Sequence record: PQ464595.1 | Strand: one strand, 5' to 3' | DNA: 64,000 nt | In this document: piece by piece, positions 27,581-37,502 of the stretch | Layout: each line of letters begins with the position of its first letter | How positions within the stretch are numbered: position 1 is the stretch's first letter | Notes under the pieces: generated by a model | Databases searched by the model: none | Seen by the model: the letters and a program-made list of their open reading frames with translations, nothing else | Told to the model about the DNA's origin: nothing | Position numbers and translations under genes: made by a program

Positions 27581-28486
27581 ATGGGAAAACCAATTGCTGG
27601 TCGTAATAAATCCCCATTCGGTGTTGACGGTATCAATGTAGATGCTGCTGTTCTATCCGATGGTACACAATTGACTAATGTTCGCATTAGCAAACAACGT
27701 TCCATCAACGTATTTGATCTAATCAGTGCTGATGGTGCGACACTTTATCCATTCGTAAAAATCACAGGTGTTGACGCAACTGGTGCAAACCTTTCTGTTG
27801 CTGATGATGCTGCTACCCTAGCTGGTAAACTAGCTAATGGTTCATTCTGTATCAGTATTGTTGATACCGCTGGTGATGTTGTTGGATTTGCTATCCGTCT
27901 ACTACTAAACAAAGTAGTTCTACAAGATGGTTCAGTACAATTCTTAACAGATTACACTGGTCAAGGTGAATTAACTGTAGCGGTAACAGGTGTTACTGTT
28001 GCTCCAAGTACTCTAGCAGTACTAGTTGGTGGTACTAGTACTCTAACCGCAACAATCGCTCCAGTTAACGCAACTAACAAAAATGTTACTTGGGTATCTG
28101 GTACTCCAGGTGTTGCTACTGTAAGTTCTGCTGGTCTAGTTACCGGTGTTGCTAATGGTACTTCAACTGTAGTTGCTACTTCTGTTGATGGTTCATTCAC
28201 ATCATCTTCCGTTGTAACTGTTACTACCGCCGTAACTGGTGTTACTCTTGCTCCAGCAACTGTAACTCTAAGCCTAGCTGGAACTACTACACAACAACTA
28301 ACACCAACTATCGCACCTGCTACCGCAAGTAACCAAGCTGTTACTTACATTTCAAGTGCTCCTGGTGTAGCAACTGTTAGTGCTTCAGGTCTAGTAACTG
28401 CTGTAGCTGTAGGTACTGCTACTATCACTGTAACAACAACTGATGGTTCACACACTGCGACTTCTGCTATCACAGTAAACGCATAA
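27581..28486 (+). CDS. Virion protein with two C-terminal Ig-like (Big_2) domains
   Basis: VTGVTVAPSTL...VTWVSGTPGVATVSSAGLVTGVANGT repeated twice; AATAAATA late-type motif and SD AGGAG upstream. Confidence 0.85.
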   Translation: MGKPIAGRNKSPFGVDGINVDAAVLSDGTQLTNVRISKQRSINVFDLISADGATLYPFVKITGVDATGANLSVADDAATLAGKLANGSFCISIVDTAGDVVGFAIRLLLNKVVLQDGSVQFLTDYTGQGELTVAVTGVTVAPSTLAVLVGGTSTLTATIAPVNATNKNVTWVSGTPGVATVSSAGLVTGVANGTSTVVATSVDGSFTSSSVVTVTTAVTGVTLAPATVTLSLAGTTTQQLTPTIAPATASNQAVTYISSAPGVATVSASGLVTAVAVGTATITVTTTDGSHTATSAITVNA

Positions 28487-28506
28487 TTCTTAATTAAAAA
28501 AGAAAC

Positions 28507-28537
28507 AAAAAAAGGACGCCGAAGCGTCCTTTTTTTT
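28507..28537. terminator. Bidirectional terminator
   Basis: A7-GGACGC-CGAA-GCGTCC-T8 between convergent genes. Confidence 0.9.
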
Positions 28538-28802
28538 ATGAATTCAGTTTTTGACATACAAAGTCGGCTTTCACCTTATCTTTGTACATTACACGGAACC
28601 CAAAAGAATTAGTAACTGGTTCATCATATGTGTCCATTTCGTTCACGATGAAGTACTTTTCTTGTGCTGCGTCGAAACGCACTTTATGATTCTGAGTGTT
28701 TTTCTTAGCAACTGGCTTTTTATCTTTAGCGACTGAGTACAGTACCGCTGCGACGAAAGCAATTGCGAGAAGAATCATTATTAAGATGATAATAGTTTTC
28801 AT
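28536..28802 (-). CDS. Membrane-anchored hypothetical protein
   Basis: N-terminal hydrophobic helix. Confidence 0.7.
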   Translation of the reverse strand: MKTIIILIMILLAIAFVAAVLYSVAKDKKPVAKKNTQNHKVRFDAAQEKYFIVNEMDTYDEPVTNSFGFRVMYKDKVKADFVCQKLNS

Positions 28803-29278
28803 TTTGTATCCTCTATGTCCGATAGTCTTTTTACAATTATACCAGCATTTCTGAGCACGTCAAGTGCTTGTTCGGGTGTCCGGTGATATTCTGTATCATA
28901 AATGACACGCTTTATCCCACTACCCGCAATTAGCAGAGAACAGACGTAGCACGGCTGTAGAGTACAGTACAGGGTCGCACCATCTCTGTCAACTGGATTC
29001 GCAAATAAAAGTGCATTATGTTCAGCATGAAGTTCATGTAATTGACTCCAATCATGGTGCTCATGTTTTGCTTCATCAGAAACCCAATTCTGAAATTCTC
29101 CGTTGTGTACTAAATGTGAATTAGCATCGCAACAATTCTCTTGTTTAGCTGGTGAGCCATTGTATCCAGTACTAACAATTCGGTCGTTCTTTACAATAAC
29201 AGCACCTACATGTTGTGAGATACACTTACTTTCATCAGCCACGATTTTCGCGATATTCATCCAAGTTGAATGCTTCAT
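28799..29278 (-). CDS. cd: dCMP deaminase
   Basis: SKCISQHVGAVIVK..IVSTGYNG, HAEHNAL, TLQPCYVC. Confidence 0.93.
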   Translation of the reverse strand: MKHSTWMNIAKIVADESKCISQHVGAVIVKNDRIVSTGYNGSPAKQENCCDANSHLVHNGEFQNWVSDEAKHEHHDWSQLHELHAEHNALLFANPVDRDGATLYCTLQPCYVCSLLIAGSGIKRVIYDTEYHRTPEQALDVLRNAGIIVKRLSDIEDTK

Positions 29279-29759
29279 AATCTAATCCAATTCCTTTTGC
29301 TACTTCAATTGTTTCATTGTGATATGCGACCAGTTCTTGATAGTAGATTACATCTTTTTCTTCTATCTTGAATGGGCGGTCTGCGTATTTACTCCAACGC
29401 TCAAATGTCTTTTCGAGGTCTTCTTTCTTTTCGTAAAAGTACTCGTCGGTATGGTCTTCTACAATACATTCAGCTTTAGTGTATGGAGTCATTAATTTCA
29501 ATACAAAGAATGAATTATAGCTTTCCCAAATCCTACCACCAATCAATTCACATTCTTCTTTGTAAAGAAGTTTACCTAAGAAGTTTGAACGATACTTCGC
29601 TTGATATTCGTTCAACATAATAATATGTCGATCTTTGGATTTTTCAACAAGTAATTCGTTTAAATCAATTACTTTTTTAAGGTTATTAATCCATACATGA
29701 GTATTTCGTTCAGTTAGTTCTTTATACAGCATTCTTAGCCTCGTAATATTCTTTAGCAC
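29235..29759 (-). CDS. Hypothetical protein, paralog of 29722..30300
   Basis: KYADRPFKIEEKDV. Confidence 0.7.
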   Translation of the reverse strand: MLKNITRLRMLYKELTERNTHVWINNLKKVIDLNELLVEKSKDRHIIMLNEYQAKYRSNFLGKLLYKEECELIGGRIWESYNSFFVLKLMTPYTKAECIVEDHTDEYFYEKKEDLEKTFERWSKYADRPFKIEEKDVIYYQELVAYHNETIEVAKGIGLDYEAFNLDEYRENRG

Positions 29760-30300
29760 TTTTAGTTTGACGTTCTAGAATTTCAAGAATTTCCACATCA
29801 TCTTTATCGAATTCAAATGGACGATGTGCGTATTTAACCAGAGTGGCATACCATTCACGGAATGTATAACGCTCAAAGAAATAATAAGTACTGCCAGCAG
29901 CACGATTCAGTACTTCAGTATCATATTGTGTCCAACCTTGAACACCGTACTTAATGAAATGATTATCATAATAACGAAGTTTAGGATCAAAACGACAGTA
30001 CGCAAAAGTTTCAGTGAAGTTTTCTTCAAAGAATATGTAAGAAGACAAATATGAATCTTTGGGGTCGTATACTGTAAATTTAGTACTTTCATTATAGAAG
30101 CATTTAGCAATGAACTTATCACGAGGTAATGGCTTACGTTTAAAGATTAAACCAGGCGTGAATGCTTCCAAGTACTCTTGATATTTTGCGTCAAAAAGAG
30201 TAATCGCATCTTTGTTAACATCGACAATGAAATTACAGATAAGTTTAATATTCTGTAGTAATTCGTCGGTTTCTTCTGCGGTATATACACGTAATTTCAT
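29722..30300 (-). CDS. Hypothetical protein, paralog of 29235..29759
   Basis: KYAHRPFEFDKDDV. Confidence 0.7.
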   Translation of the reverse strand: MKLRVYTAEETDELLQNIKLICNFIVDVNKDAITLFDAKYQEYLEAFTPGLIFKRKPLPRDKFIAKCFYNESTKFTVYDPKDSYLSSYIFFEENFTETFAYCRFDPKLRYYDNHFIKYGVQGWTQYDTEVLNRAAGSTYYFFERYTFREWYATLVKYAHRPFEFDKDDVEILEILERQTKSAKEYYEAKNAV

Positions 30301-30316
30301 TTCATTTCCTTAATAG

Positions 30317-30341
30317 AAAAAGGCCACCGAAGCAGCCTTTT
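30317..30341 (-). terminator. Rho-independent terminator
   Basis: AGGCTGCTTCGGTGGCCT + U-tract. Confidence 0.7.
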
Positions 30342-30344
30342 GAA

Positions 30345-30797
30345 TTATTTCGGTACGTAGTTGTACTTACTGAGATCATGTTCATCCAGGATACCGCTAT
30401 CATATCCGTACTGAAGAATAATATCAAATCCTTCGTCAACCATACGTACAACATCTGCGTAACGGCGAACTTTGTCTTTGTTCTTTTCTACAGCCTTGAT
30501 TAGCTCATTTAGTACTGGAGCCAGAGCAGGGATATTGTGTAGCTTATTGTAACGTGGGCGACGAGTTGCCGCTAGAATATCGTTCCAATCCGGTACAAAT
30601 ACTTCACCACGAGTCGGAATGTTAGAAAGAACAAATGGGAAGTTTTGATTACTCTTCTTCATTTGATCTTCCTGAGCAGTACGATAACCGCGACGGAAGA
30701 ATGGATGCATTTGTTTTAATGCTTCAGGAGTTAGAGGTTCATTTCTTTTGTCCTGAAAGAACGTATATCCTAGAGTGTATTGATCATTTGTAGCCAT
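30345..30797 (-). CDS. Hypothetical protein
   Basis: ORF track. Confidence 0.7.
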   Translation of the reverse strand: MATNDQYTLGYTFFQDKRNEPLTPEALKQMHPFFRRGYRTAQEDQMKKSNQNFPFVLSNIPTRGEVFVPDWNDILAATRRPRYNKLHNIPALAPVLNELIKAVEKNKDKVRRYADVVRMVDEGFDIILQYGYDSGILDEHDLSKYNYVPK

Positions 30798-30803
30798 AAA
30801 AAT

Positions 30804-31103
30804 TTAGTCCTTTGGTACTGCCACTTTCTTATCGAAAGTTCCTTTAGTATTACGTAATTCACTTGCGTGTTCAAACAGAAAATCTGGTTGAATATTTTTA
30901 GCTACGAGATATTGATGCATTAATTCAAGAATATCTGCCATAGCATCCAGTACTGGTTCAGCTTCAGTTGAACCTTTCACTGTTAATGCGGTACTCGCAA
31001 TTTGTTCAAGTGCCACATCCATAAATTCTGAGGTACTTAGTGTCTCAGAATTAGCGGGAACCTCGTTCCCGCGAACTAATTGTTTAGCCATGATTACACC
31101 CAA
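30804..31103 (-). CDS. MazG-superfamily house-cleaning NTP pyrophosphatase-like protein
   Basis: LVRGN...DAMADILELM...RNTKGTFDKKV. Confidence 0.6.
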   Translation of the reverse strand: MGVIMAKQLVRGNEVPANSETLSTSEFMDVALEQIASTALTVKGSTEAEPVLDAMADILELMHQYLVAKNIQPDFLFEHASELRNTKGTFDKKVAVPKD

Positions 31104-31777
31104 TCAAATGAGCCATCGCGACGTTTAACTTTATACTGGCCTTTAGCATTACGCTCACCAACCAGAATACCGTCAACGAAACCTTTAGTACCGTACTGAA
31201 GTGATTCTTCAGCATTCAGCCACAGGTCACGGTCACAGTCTTTCATGAACTGTTCATAGTCCTGACCTACTGCTTCGGCAATCTGAGTAGTCAGAAGGGT
31301 ATTCAGACGGTCAGAGTGTGCCAGAGCAATCTTCTGGTCAGTGATCAACCCCTGAGTACCAGATGATACCTGGTGTGCCATAATGAACGCATCAGCACCC
31401 ATCAGACGCATTCCAGGAGTACCAATGACCGATTGGGTATAGCAACCCATAGACGCCGCATAACCCATTACAATCGTTTTAATAGGGGAACGGCAGTTCT
31501 TAGCAACATCTTTGATACCCAGGCCGTCATGTACAGAACCACCCGGAGAAGTTACGAAGATCGTAATTGGCTGAGAACTACGAGAATCCAGATACATCAA
31601 CTGCATCTTGATAATGTGAGCCATGTGAGAGTTGAAATCGGTATCAATCATGATGATACGTTCTTGCATCATACGTGAAGCGAGGTCATACGAACGCTCA
31701 CCTTCAGCAGATTTTTCCAGTACGAATGGAATAGAGATAGAGCCAGTTGGTGCTACAATTTTGTTGGTATCGGTCAT
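31094..31777 (-). CDS. clpP: ClpP-like serine protease
   Basis: YDLASRMMQERII, FVTSPGGSV, AASMG, MAHQ, DRDLWLNAEE. Confidence 0.92.
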   Translation of the reverse strand: MTDTNKIVAPTGSISIPFVLEKSAEGERSYDLASRMMQERIIMIDTDFNSHMAHIIKMQLMYLDSRSSQPITIFVTSPGGSVHDGLGIKDVAKNCRSPIKTIVMGYAASMGCYTQSVIGTPGMRLMGADAFIMAHQVSSGTQGLITDQKIALAHSDRLNTLLTTQIAEAVGQDYEQFMKDCDRDLWLNAEESLQYGTKGFVDGILVGERNAKGQYKVKRRDGSFDWV

Positions 31778-31787
31778 AATTTTATCC

Positions 31788-32213
31788 TTAGTAAATATCG
31801 CCAGAAATGGTACTTACGTTACCATTAATATCATCACAGTTAACATCGCCAGAAATTGTATTAACATTCCCAGCAACATCATCACAATCTATGTCTCCAG
31901 ATGTAGTTGTAACGTTCCCTTGAACATTTTCACAAAATACATGTCCAGAGACAGTACTAATTCCATTGGTTACATTAGCACACTTAATTGTGCCTGAACC
32001 TAAAGTAATGGACTCAACATCACCATTTACTTCAATGTTTATTTCAACATCATCTCCAACAACTGGTATGCCATCAATCATAACGACAGTACCACCATCA
32101 GAAGTTTTCTTTACTACCATTTCGCTGAAAATAGTCGTTTGTCCATTAACAGTTACTTGAGTATTCTTAGCAACCATTTGCATAAGACGCATCAAAGAGT
32201 CATTACCCGCCAT
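31788..32213 (-). CDS. Beta-strand repeat protein (adhesin/DUF4097-like)
   Basis: Repeats GNVTTTSGDI, GNVNTISGDV, GNVSTISGDI. Confidence 0.7.
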   Translation of the reverse strand: MAGNDSLMRLMQMVAKNTQVTVNGQTTIFSEMVVKKTSDGGTVVMIDGIPVVGDDVEINIEVNGDVESITLGSGTIKCANVTNGISTVSGHVFCENVQGNVTTTSGDIDCDDVAGNVNTISGDVNCDDINGNVSTISGDIY

Positions 32214-32215
32214 GA

Positions 32216-33001
32216 TTATACCTCGAACGTTAAAGTACTGTTAAAGTTTGAATTTTCAGACGCACGTTGACCATAACCACGTGGATTACAGATTACGCGA
32301 GTATCGCCAATCATATAATCTGCGGATTGATGAATGTGACCATGTACCCAAACCAGCGGATTCAATTCACCGATGTAATAATCCATGAATGAACAGTAAC
32401 ATCCATTCAGTTTATCACCGATGTACATTTCAGGTACACTTTGGAAACTAGGAGAGTGGTGAGTCATCACCAGTACTTTAATAGTATCGCACGTTTCCCG
32501 AACTGTGTCAACCGCATTTTTGATATAAAGTTTAGATATGTGGTGAATTGCCTCAACGTCTTCTGGTTTCAGCTTACGTTGCCACGGCACACCAACTGGC
32601 CCGTGCCTGATATGTTTGTAATCGTTCATCTCAATGGATGCCAGATAACGAGTCAGTGGATTCTGACCATCAAAATCAGTCCACAGAGTACTTCCAATGA
32701 TCATTACATCATCAAATGTACGATAGTTATCTTGTAAGAAATGGAAGTTCTCAATCGAATCATCCAGTGCTTTCAAACGATCATGAGTTCGATGAATATT
32801 ACCTTTGTAGTATTCATGATTGCCTGGTACTAACAGTACTTCTTTGTACTTGTCAGCCAGAATTTGAACGTGTTCACCGTATGAAGAACGGCAAACTTCT
32901 CCCAAATCACCAGGCAACAGAAGAATAGTATCTTCTTGTTCTGGCAATTCGTGGATGAAATCTATATATCCGTGTAAATCGGACATAACTGCGAATTTCA
33001 T
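32216..33001 (-). CDS. Calcineurin-like metallophosphoesterase
   Basis: SDLH, PGD, GNHEYY, MTHHSP, HGHIH, NPRGY. Confidence 0.92.
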   Translation of the reverse strand: MKFAVMSDLHGYIDFIHELPEQEDTILLLPGDLGEVCRSSYGEHVQILADKYKEVLLVPGNHEYYKGNIHRTHDRLKALDDSIENFHFLQDNYRTFDDVMIIGSTLWTDFDGQNPLTRYLASIEMNDYKHIRHGPVGVPWQRKLKPEDVEAIHHISKLYIKNAVDTVRETCDTIKVLVMTHHSPSFQSVPEMYIGDKLNGCYCSFMDYYIGELNPLVWVHGHIHQSADYMIGDTRVICNPRGYGQRASENSNFNSTLTFEV

Positions 33002-33025
33002 GGTGAATCTCCTTTGTTGGAATAC

Positions 33026-33053
33026 ATTCTATCAGATCCTCGCAGCCTGTCAA
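33026..33053 (-). promoter_or_regulatory. Sigma70-like promoter TTGACA-16-TAGAAT
   Basis: Read directly from sequence; extended TG present. Confidence 0.7.
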
Positions 33054-33060
33054 GGACTTT

Positions 33061-34479
33061 TTACGATTCCAAGCGAGCTAATTTTTCGCGTAAAACATGT
33101 ACAGCACTTTCACGGATTTCTTGAATACGCTCGTAAGTATCGCAAGTGTCTTTGTCGAAGCGGAATTCTACCCAAACAGGTAAGAACAAACTTGGACGAC
33201 CAGTACGTTTGTCAATAGTAATAGCAGTACTTTCAACTGTACAAATACAGTCTTCGATTTCATCCCAACGATCCATCATCGTTTGGAATGTCCACTCAGC
33301 ACCTTTTTCTTTTATGCCAGTACCGCAACCAACTTCAAGAATACTATCTTCGGACTCCAAAATCAAGGAGCCAATCATACCTTTACGTTTCCCTTCGCCT
33401 GGATTGTAACCAATTACACGCAAATCAATTTGCATCTTCAGTTTCAATTTAAGCTGTTTAGGAGAAGTGTGAGACTTCCAAATACCACTTTCGCATTTTA
33501 GAATAACACCTTCTTCGCCATTCTCAATCGCTTGAGTATTATGGTCGAATGCTTCACCAATGTCAGAAACTTTACGGTACTCAACAAGACGTACAAATTC
33601 AGAATCAATAGTACTGATTGCTGCTTCAAGAAGTTCACGACGCTCTTTACGTTCAACATTCCATAAACCATTACGGAAACAATCAAACGGTATAACATCC
33701 CACAGGACGAATACTACACGCATAGCTTCTGAATCAGAAATACTATCTTTACCAGCTTTCTGAATGATACCATTACCTGTTTCACGTGGAAGAATATTCC
33801 CGTTATCATCAAGTACTAGACATTCGCCGTTAAAGACTACACCACTACTGAAACGGTCATCAATGTTCTGTACAGCAGTAGCCAGTTCAATCATGTCTTG
33901 GTCTTTATGTCCCAAGAAGTCATAGATTTTACCATTACGTGACGTACAAAGCAAGGTGTTATTTACGACAGCACTGTTCAGATATTGACCATCCATCTTA
34001 ATTTCAGAGACAGCATATCCATGAGTTTTGAAGGAAGTAATATTCGGAATAGTCTTTTCTGTTACTAATGAACAACGCATGTAAGGTTCATCTTTTATGA
34101 AGTCCTTACCGTATACATCATTCGCATTTTTTTCTTGAATACCACAATCCAGATTCTTCAGTACTACACGACGAATAACTTCTGCGTCGTCTTCATCTAA
34201 AGAACCTAATAGTTCACTTAGGAAGTGACGAGCAGCATTACCAGTCACTTCACGATTGTATAGATTGTCCAGTTGGTCAAGTGCTTCGCTTAGAGTCAGA
34301 GATTGTTCTGTCTCAAATGGTTCTGGAATCTTTTTAATCCCACTAACAATCGAAGGCTCAAGTGCCAAATGAATGGCACGTTTAAGATCTACGTTGTTGA
34401 TATTCTCACTGAGAATATCCTTCTTAGCATTAGTACTAGAAGTTTCTTTGATTTCTAAGATAATATCTAAAACAGACAT
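33061..34479 (-). CDS. lig: ATP-dependent DNA ligase (T4 gp30-like)
   Basis: EIKMDG adenylation motif, FNGEC, EGVILK, KLKLK, C-terminal OB fold. Confidence 0.95.
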   Translation of the reverse strand: MSVLDIILEIKETSSTNAKKDILSENINNVDLKRAIHLALEPSIVSGIKKIPEPFETEQSLTLSEALDQLDNLYNREVTGNAARHFLSELLGSLDEDDAEVIRRVVLKNLDCGIQEKNANDVYGKDFIKDEPYMRCSLVTEKTIPNITSFKTHGYAVSEIKMDGQYLNSAVVNNTLLCTSRNGKIYDFLGHKDQDMIELATAVQNIDDRFSSGVVFNGECLVLDDNGNILPRETGNGIIQKAGKDSISDSEAMRVVFVLWDVIPFDCFRNGLWNVERKERRELLEAAISTIDSEFVRLVEYRKVSDIGEAFDHNTQAIENGEEGVILKCESGIWKSHTSPKQLKLKLKMQIDLRVIGYNPGEGKRKGMIGSLILESEDSILEVGCGTGIKEKGAEWTFQTMMDRWDEIEDCICTVESTAITIDKRTGRPSLFLPVWVEFRFDKDTCDTYERIQEIRESAVHVLREKLARLES

Positions 34480-34488
34480 TCTATTTCC

Positions 34489-35715
34489 TTATAGAGTGTA
34501 ATAACCTACTTCAATAGTTTGAGGTAGACGGAAGTTCAGGTAATCGTCGCCACGATATGAAGAATAACGGTTGACAGCAACTCGTGGTGAGCCATTTTCA
34601 TTATATCCAGTAATACGAACACCCACAATACCAACTAACGTGTAATTGACATTACTATAAAAGTTGTAATACGTGGTTACTGGATCACGAGAACTGTAGT
34701 GAGAATAATCAGTACGTGGTCCACTGTATGTTTGCTGAGTGTATTCCTGACGGAATGAAGTCATTTTGGTATCAGGGTCAATACGATAAATCTTATTACT
34801 TTCTAAGTAATTGATAGTACTGAACGGTACTTCATGATATTCCACATGAGTATCTTCTAACTTATATGGCTTATCATTCAGGAACATGATAGACAACGCA
34901 TTTGGGATATAGTTAATCTGATAATATGCGTTTCCAGTATATTCGTGAGTATTACGAATCTGTTCATTCATTTCTGAAATAACAGTCGCACGATCAATCT
35001 CAACATTACTACCGATATTAAAGTCCGGTAATTTACTCAGAGCATAATAACGGTTATCGTCGGTATTCTTCACAACGAATTTCAGAGAACTTTTTGAAGT
35101 GAATTCAGAACTGTCATTCTTAGAAACATTGATAGCATGATACTTACCACAGTACACAACAGTTACTGATTCAGGGCTTTGCTGATGGCTAGTATTACCA
35201 GAAGTAGTTTGCTCAAGTGGGAAAGTAAGAATATCACCGACTTCAACTTCCTGAACATTCTTCTTCTGTTCTTTCTTATGTTCTTCACGAGCAATCAAAT
35301 CTGCGAACAGTTTTGTTTTCTCATTAACCAATTTCTTATTATGAGTGAAGAACAAAGGATCTTGGAATTCACCTTCAACAATGGTGTTAGTTTCCAGAAG
35401 GTCACACAAGTTATCAGAAGTAATCTCGAACTCGAAACCTTCTGGATGCATAATACGCCATACAACGTTAGAAGTACTGTAACGACTTACGTTAGTAACC
35501 ATACGGAAACCAGTACGTGGTTCATTATCAACATAAATTGGTTCCATAGCTTTCTGTTCAGAATGATGGTATGGAGTAGCCCAACGATCAGCACGTTCTT
35601 TAGTCTGCTTGAATTTTTTTGTTTCTTCGTTATCTGCTACTACCATCCAACCAAGCATTTCTTCTGCTGAACGATAAACACGTGTAACATAAAACTTCTC
35701 AGGAATAACAGCCAT
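34489..35715 (-). CDS. Hypothetical protein (408 aa)
   Basis: ORF track. Confidence 0.8.
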   Translation of the reverse strand: MAVIPEKFYVTRVYRSAEEMLGWMVVADNEETKKFKQTKERADRWATPYHHSEQKAMEPIYVDNEPRTGFRMVTNVSRYSTSNVVWRIMHPEGFEFEITSDNLCDLLETNTIVEGEFQDPLFFTHNKKLVNEKTKLFADLIAREEHKKEQKKNVQEVEVGDILTFPLEQTTSGNTSHQQSPESVTVVYCGKYHAINVSKNDSSEFTSKSSLKFVVKNTDDNRYYALSKLPDFNIGSNVEIDRATVISEMNEQIRNTHEYTGNAYYQINYIPNALSIMFLNDKPYKLEDTHVEYHEVPFSTINYLESNKIYRIDPDTKMTSFRQEYTQQTYSGPRTDYSHYSSRDPVTTYYNFYSNVNYTLVGIVGVRITGYNENGSPRVAVNRYSSYRGDDYLNFRLPQTIEVGYYTL

Positions 35716-35726
35716 TGTTTGTTCTC

Positions 35727-36197
35727 TTATTTTGCTAGTGGTAAAAATGCGATTGCTTCAAGTACTAGAATGCCATAACGACCGTATGAGTCATGCATTT
35801 CCAGATGTAATTGTTCGTAATCTTCAGTATCCGGTTTAGTACTACGAATACGTGCCATATAATCAACAGCTACTGCATCCATTACAACACTGATACTCGT
35901 TAGTGCGTTATTTACACCTGGTTCAAAAAATGGTGCGAACGGCATTACTTCTTGTGGGTCTTTACGTTCCCATTCTTCAAGAAGTTCCAGAAGACTACAC
36001 AGAGCATCATGCATACCACCATTCAGAACAACAGTAGTTTTAGCATACTTAGCCCAAGTGTATACAACACTTCCCAAATGAGAAGTTGCTGAATTAGTCA
36101 TTGGATATTTTACAAATAACTCAGCAGTACTATGCTGAGTCTGGATGCCAGCATGAATGCCAGCCATATACATATTTGTGATGCTATATAAACGCAT
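35727..36197 (-). CDS. Peptidyl-tRNA hydrolase (PTH2)-like protein
   Basis: AGIQTQH...WAKYAKTTVVLNGG...EPGVNNALTSI; TAATG-coupled start MRLYSIT. Confidence 0.6.
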   Translation of the reverse strand: MRLYSITNMYMAGIHAGIQTQHSTAELFVKYPMTNSATSHLGSVVYTWAKYAKTTVVLNGGMHDALCSLLELLEEWERKDPQEVMPFAPFFEPGVNNALTSISVVMDAVAVDYMARIRSTKPDTEDYEQLHLEMHDSYGRYGILVLEAIAFLPLAK

Positions 36198-36976
36198 TAG
36201 TATTCCTTTATTGTGAAACCTGCGTCTGGACCCCATTCATCAGGAATCACAGCGAAGAATTTCATTATCATTGTTTCTGTATCCATCTGACCAATGGTGA
36301 AAGAACCATTACGGAATTGTGTATCTAACCATACACGGTTCCCAAATACCAAAGGCTCAGGTACTCCAGTGTGACCATGAATTACATAATCAACACCTTC
36401 AACTACAGCTTCTAGCTTTTCTTTTGGCGGTACTTGATGATCATAAATTGCGTACTGAATCGCATCACGATCCCAAATCAACTGATAACGGTACTCAGGA
36501 TTATTTTCAGTATATTCCTTAATGAGATCCCATGTATTGATAGCTGGATAATGTGGAATGCCAGCATGTGATACACCAATTTTATAACCTCGATGATTTA
36601 CTTCAATCAAGTACGGTACTTCTTCAAGTAAAGTACAGAAATGATTAACACCTGGTAGACCAATTTCATCAAGGGTCTTCTGACCACCATTCTGTTTCCA
36701 GCACATATCCCATTCACGGCTGTTACGTGCGTCCATCATCATACGTTCATGATTTCCAAGAACCATATGACGGTTTTCTTTATTCAGAAATTCGAATAAA
36801 GTTTTGGCGTTGTATTGACCACGGTCAACTAAATCACCAACACTAATTAATACATCATCATCGGTTATACCCAATTCATGTAATGTACTTTGGAACAATT
36901 CGAAGTTCCCATGAATATCACCGATGAAATAGACATTTTTATCATCAGGAACGTCAATAACTTTTACAAAGCTCAT
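36197..36976 (-). CDS. Ser/Thr protein phosphatase (PphA/NinI-like)
   Basis: IGDIHG, VGDLVDRG, LGNHE, HGHT. Confidence 0.92.
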   Translation of the reverse strand: MSFVKVIDVPDDKNVYFIGDIHGNFELFQSTLHELGITDDDVLISVGDLVDRGQYNAKTLFEFLNKENRHMVLGNHERMMMDARNSREWDMCWKQNGGQKTLDEIGLPGVNHFCTLLEEVPYLIEVNHRGYKIGVSHAGIPHYPAINTWDLIKEYTENNPEYRYQLIWDRDAIQYAIYDHQVPPKEKLEAVVEGVDYVIHGHTGVPEPLVFGNRVWLDTQFRNGSFTIGQMDTETMIMKFFAVIPDEWGPDAGFTIKEY

Positions 36977-37215
36977 GTGGCTTTCCTCTTTTTAATAATA
37001 GGTTTAGACAACCATTTGTATAAAATTACGCCTATGCGTAAAATAATTTCTAACCACCACACACAAATACAAAGAAGAAATATTCCTAATAATTGTAATG
37101 TATTCATATTAACATCTCGGTCTTCTTGTTTATGTAAGAAGACCAAATATGAAATAAATGTAATGACAGCACCAAAACCATATAGGATCAGTACTAAATC
37201 CCAATTAATGCTCAT
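36973..37215 (-). CDS. Small membrane protein
   Basis: Two hydrophobic segments. Confidence 0.65.
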   Translation of the reverse strand: MSINWDLVLILYGFGAVITFISYLVFLHKQEDRDVNMNTLQLLGIFLLCICVWWLEIILRIGVILYKWLSKPIIKKRKAT

Positions 37216-37501
37216 TTTCTTTTTCCTTATTTTTCACAAGGTCAGTATCTTTATCACCAATAGGTAATAAATTTTTTGGCATATATAGACAACCATCGTC
37301 ACATAACCACCAATATTTTGAATCACTAAGATAGTTTTTCATATCTTCATTTAGATCTAGCATAAGTGATTCTAGACCGACACGAACTGAACCTGTTGAT
37401 GGATCTTGTATTTCAACTAATGTTACACATTTACCATTATTTTGAACATTTTTCAATAGTCCATAAACCATAGCAATTGTGCCGACTTTCAATTCACCCA
37501 T
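37205..37501 (-). CDS. Hypothetical protein
   Basis: ORF track. Confidence 0.65.
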   Translation of the reverse strand: MGELKVGTIAMVYGLLKNVQNNGKCVTLVEIQDPSTGSVRVGLESLMLDLNEDMKNYLSDSKYWWLCDDGCLYMPKNLLPIGDKDTDLVKNKEKENEH

Positions 37502-37502
37502 A

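Noticed and set aside
27961-28486. Internal DNA repeats in the plus-strand gene
   Set aside because: They are explained by two tandem Ig-like domains at protein level.
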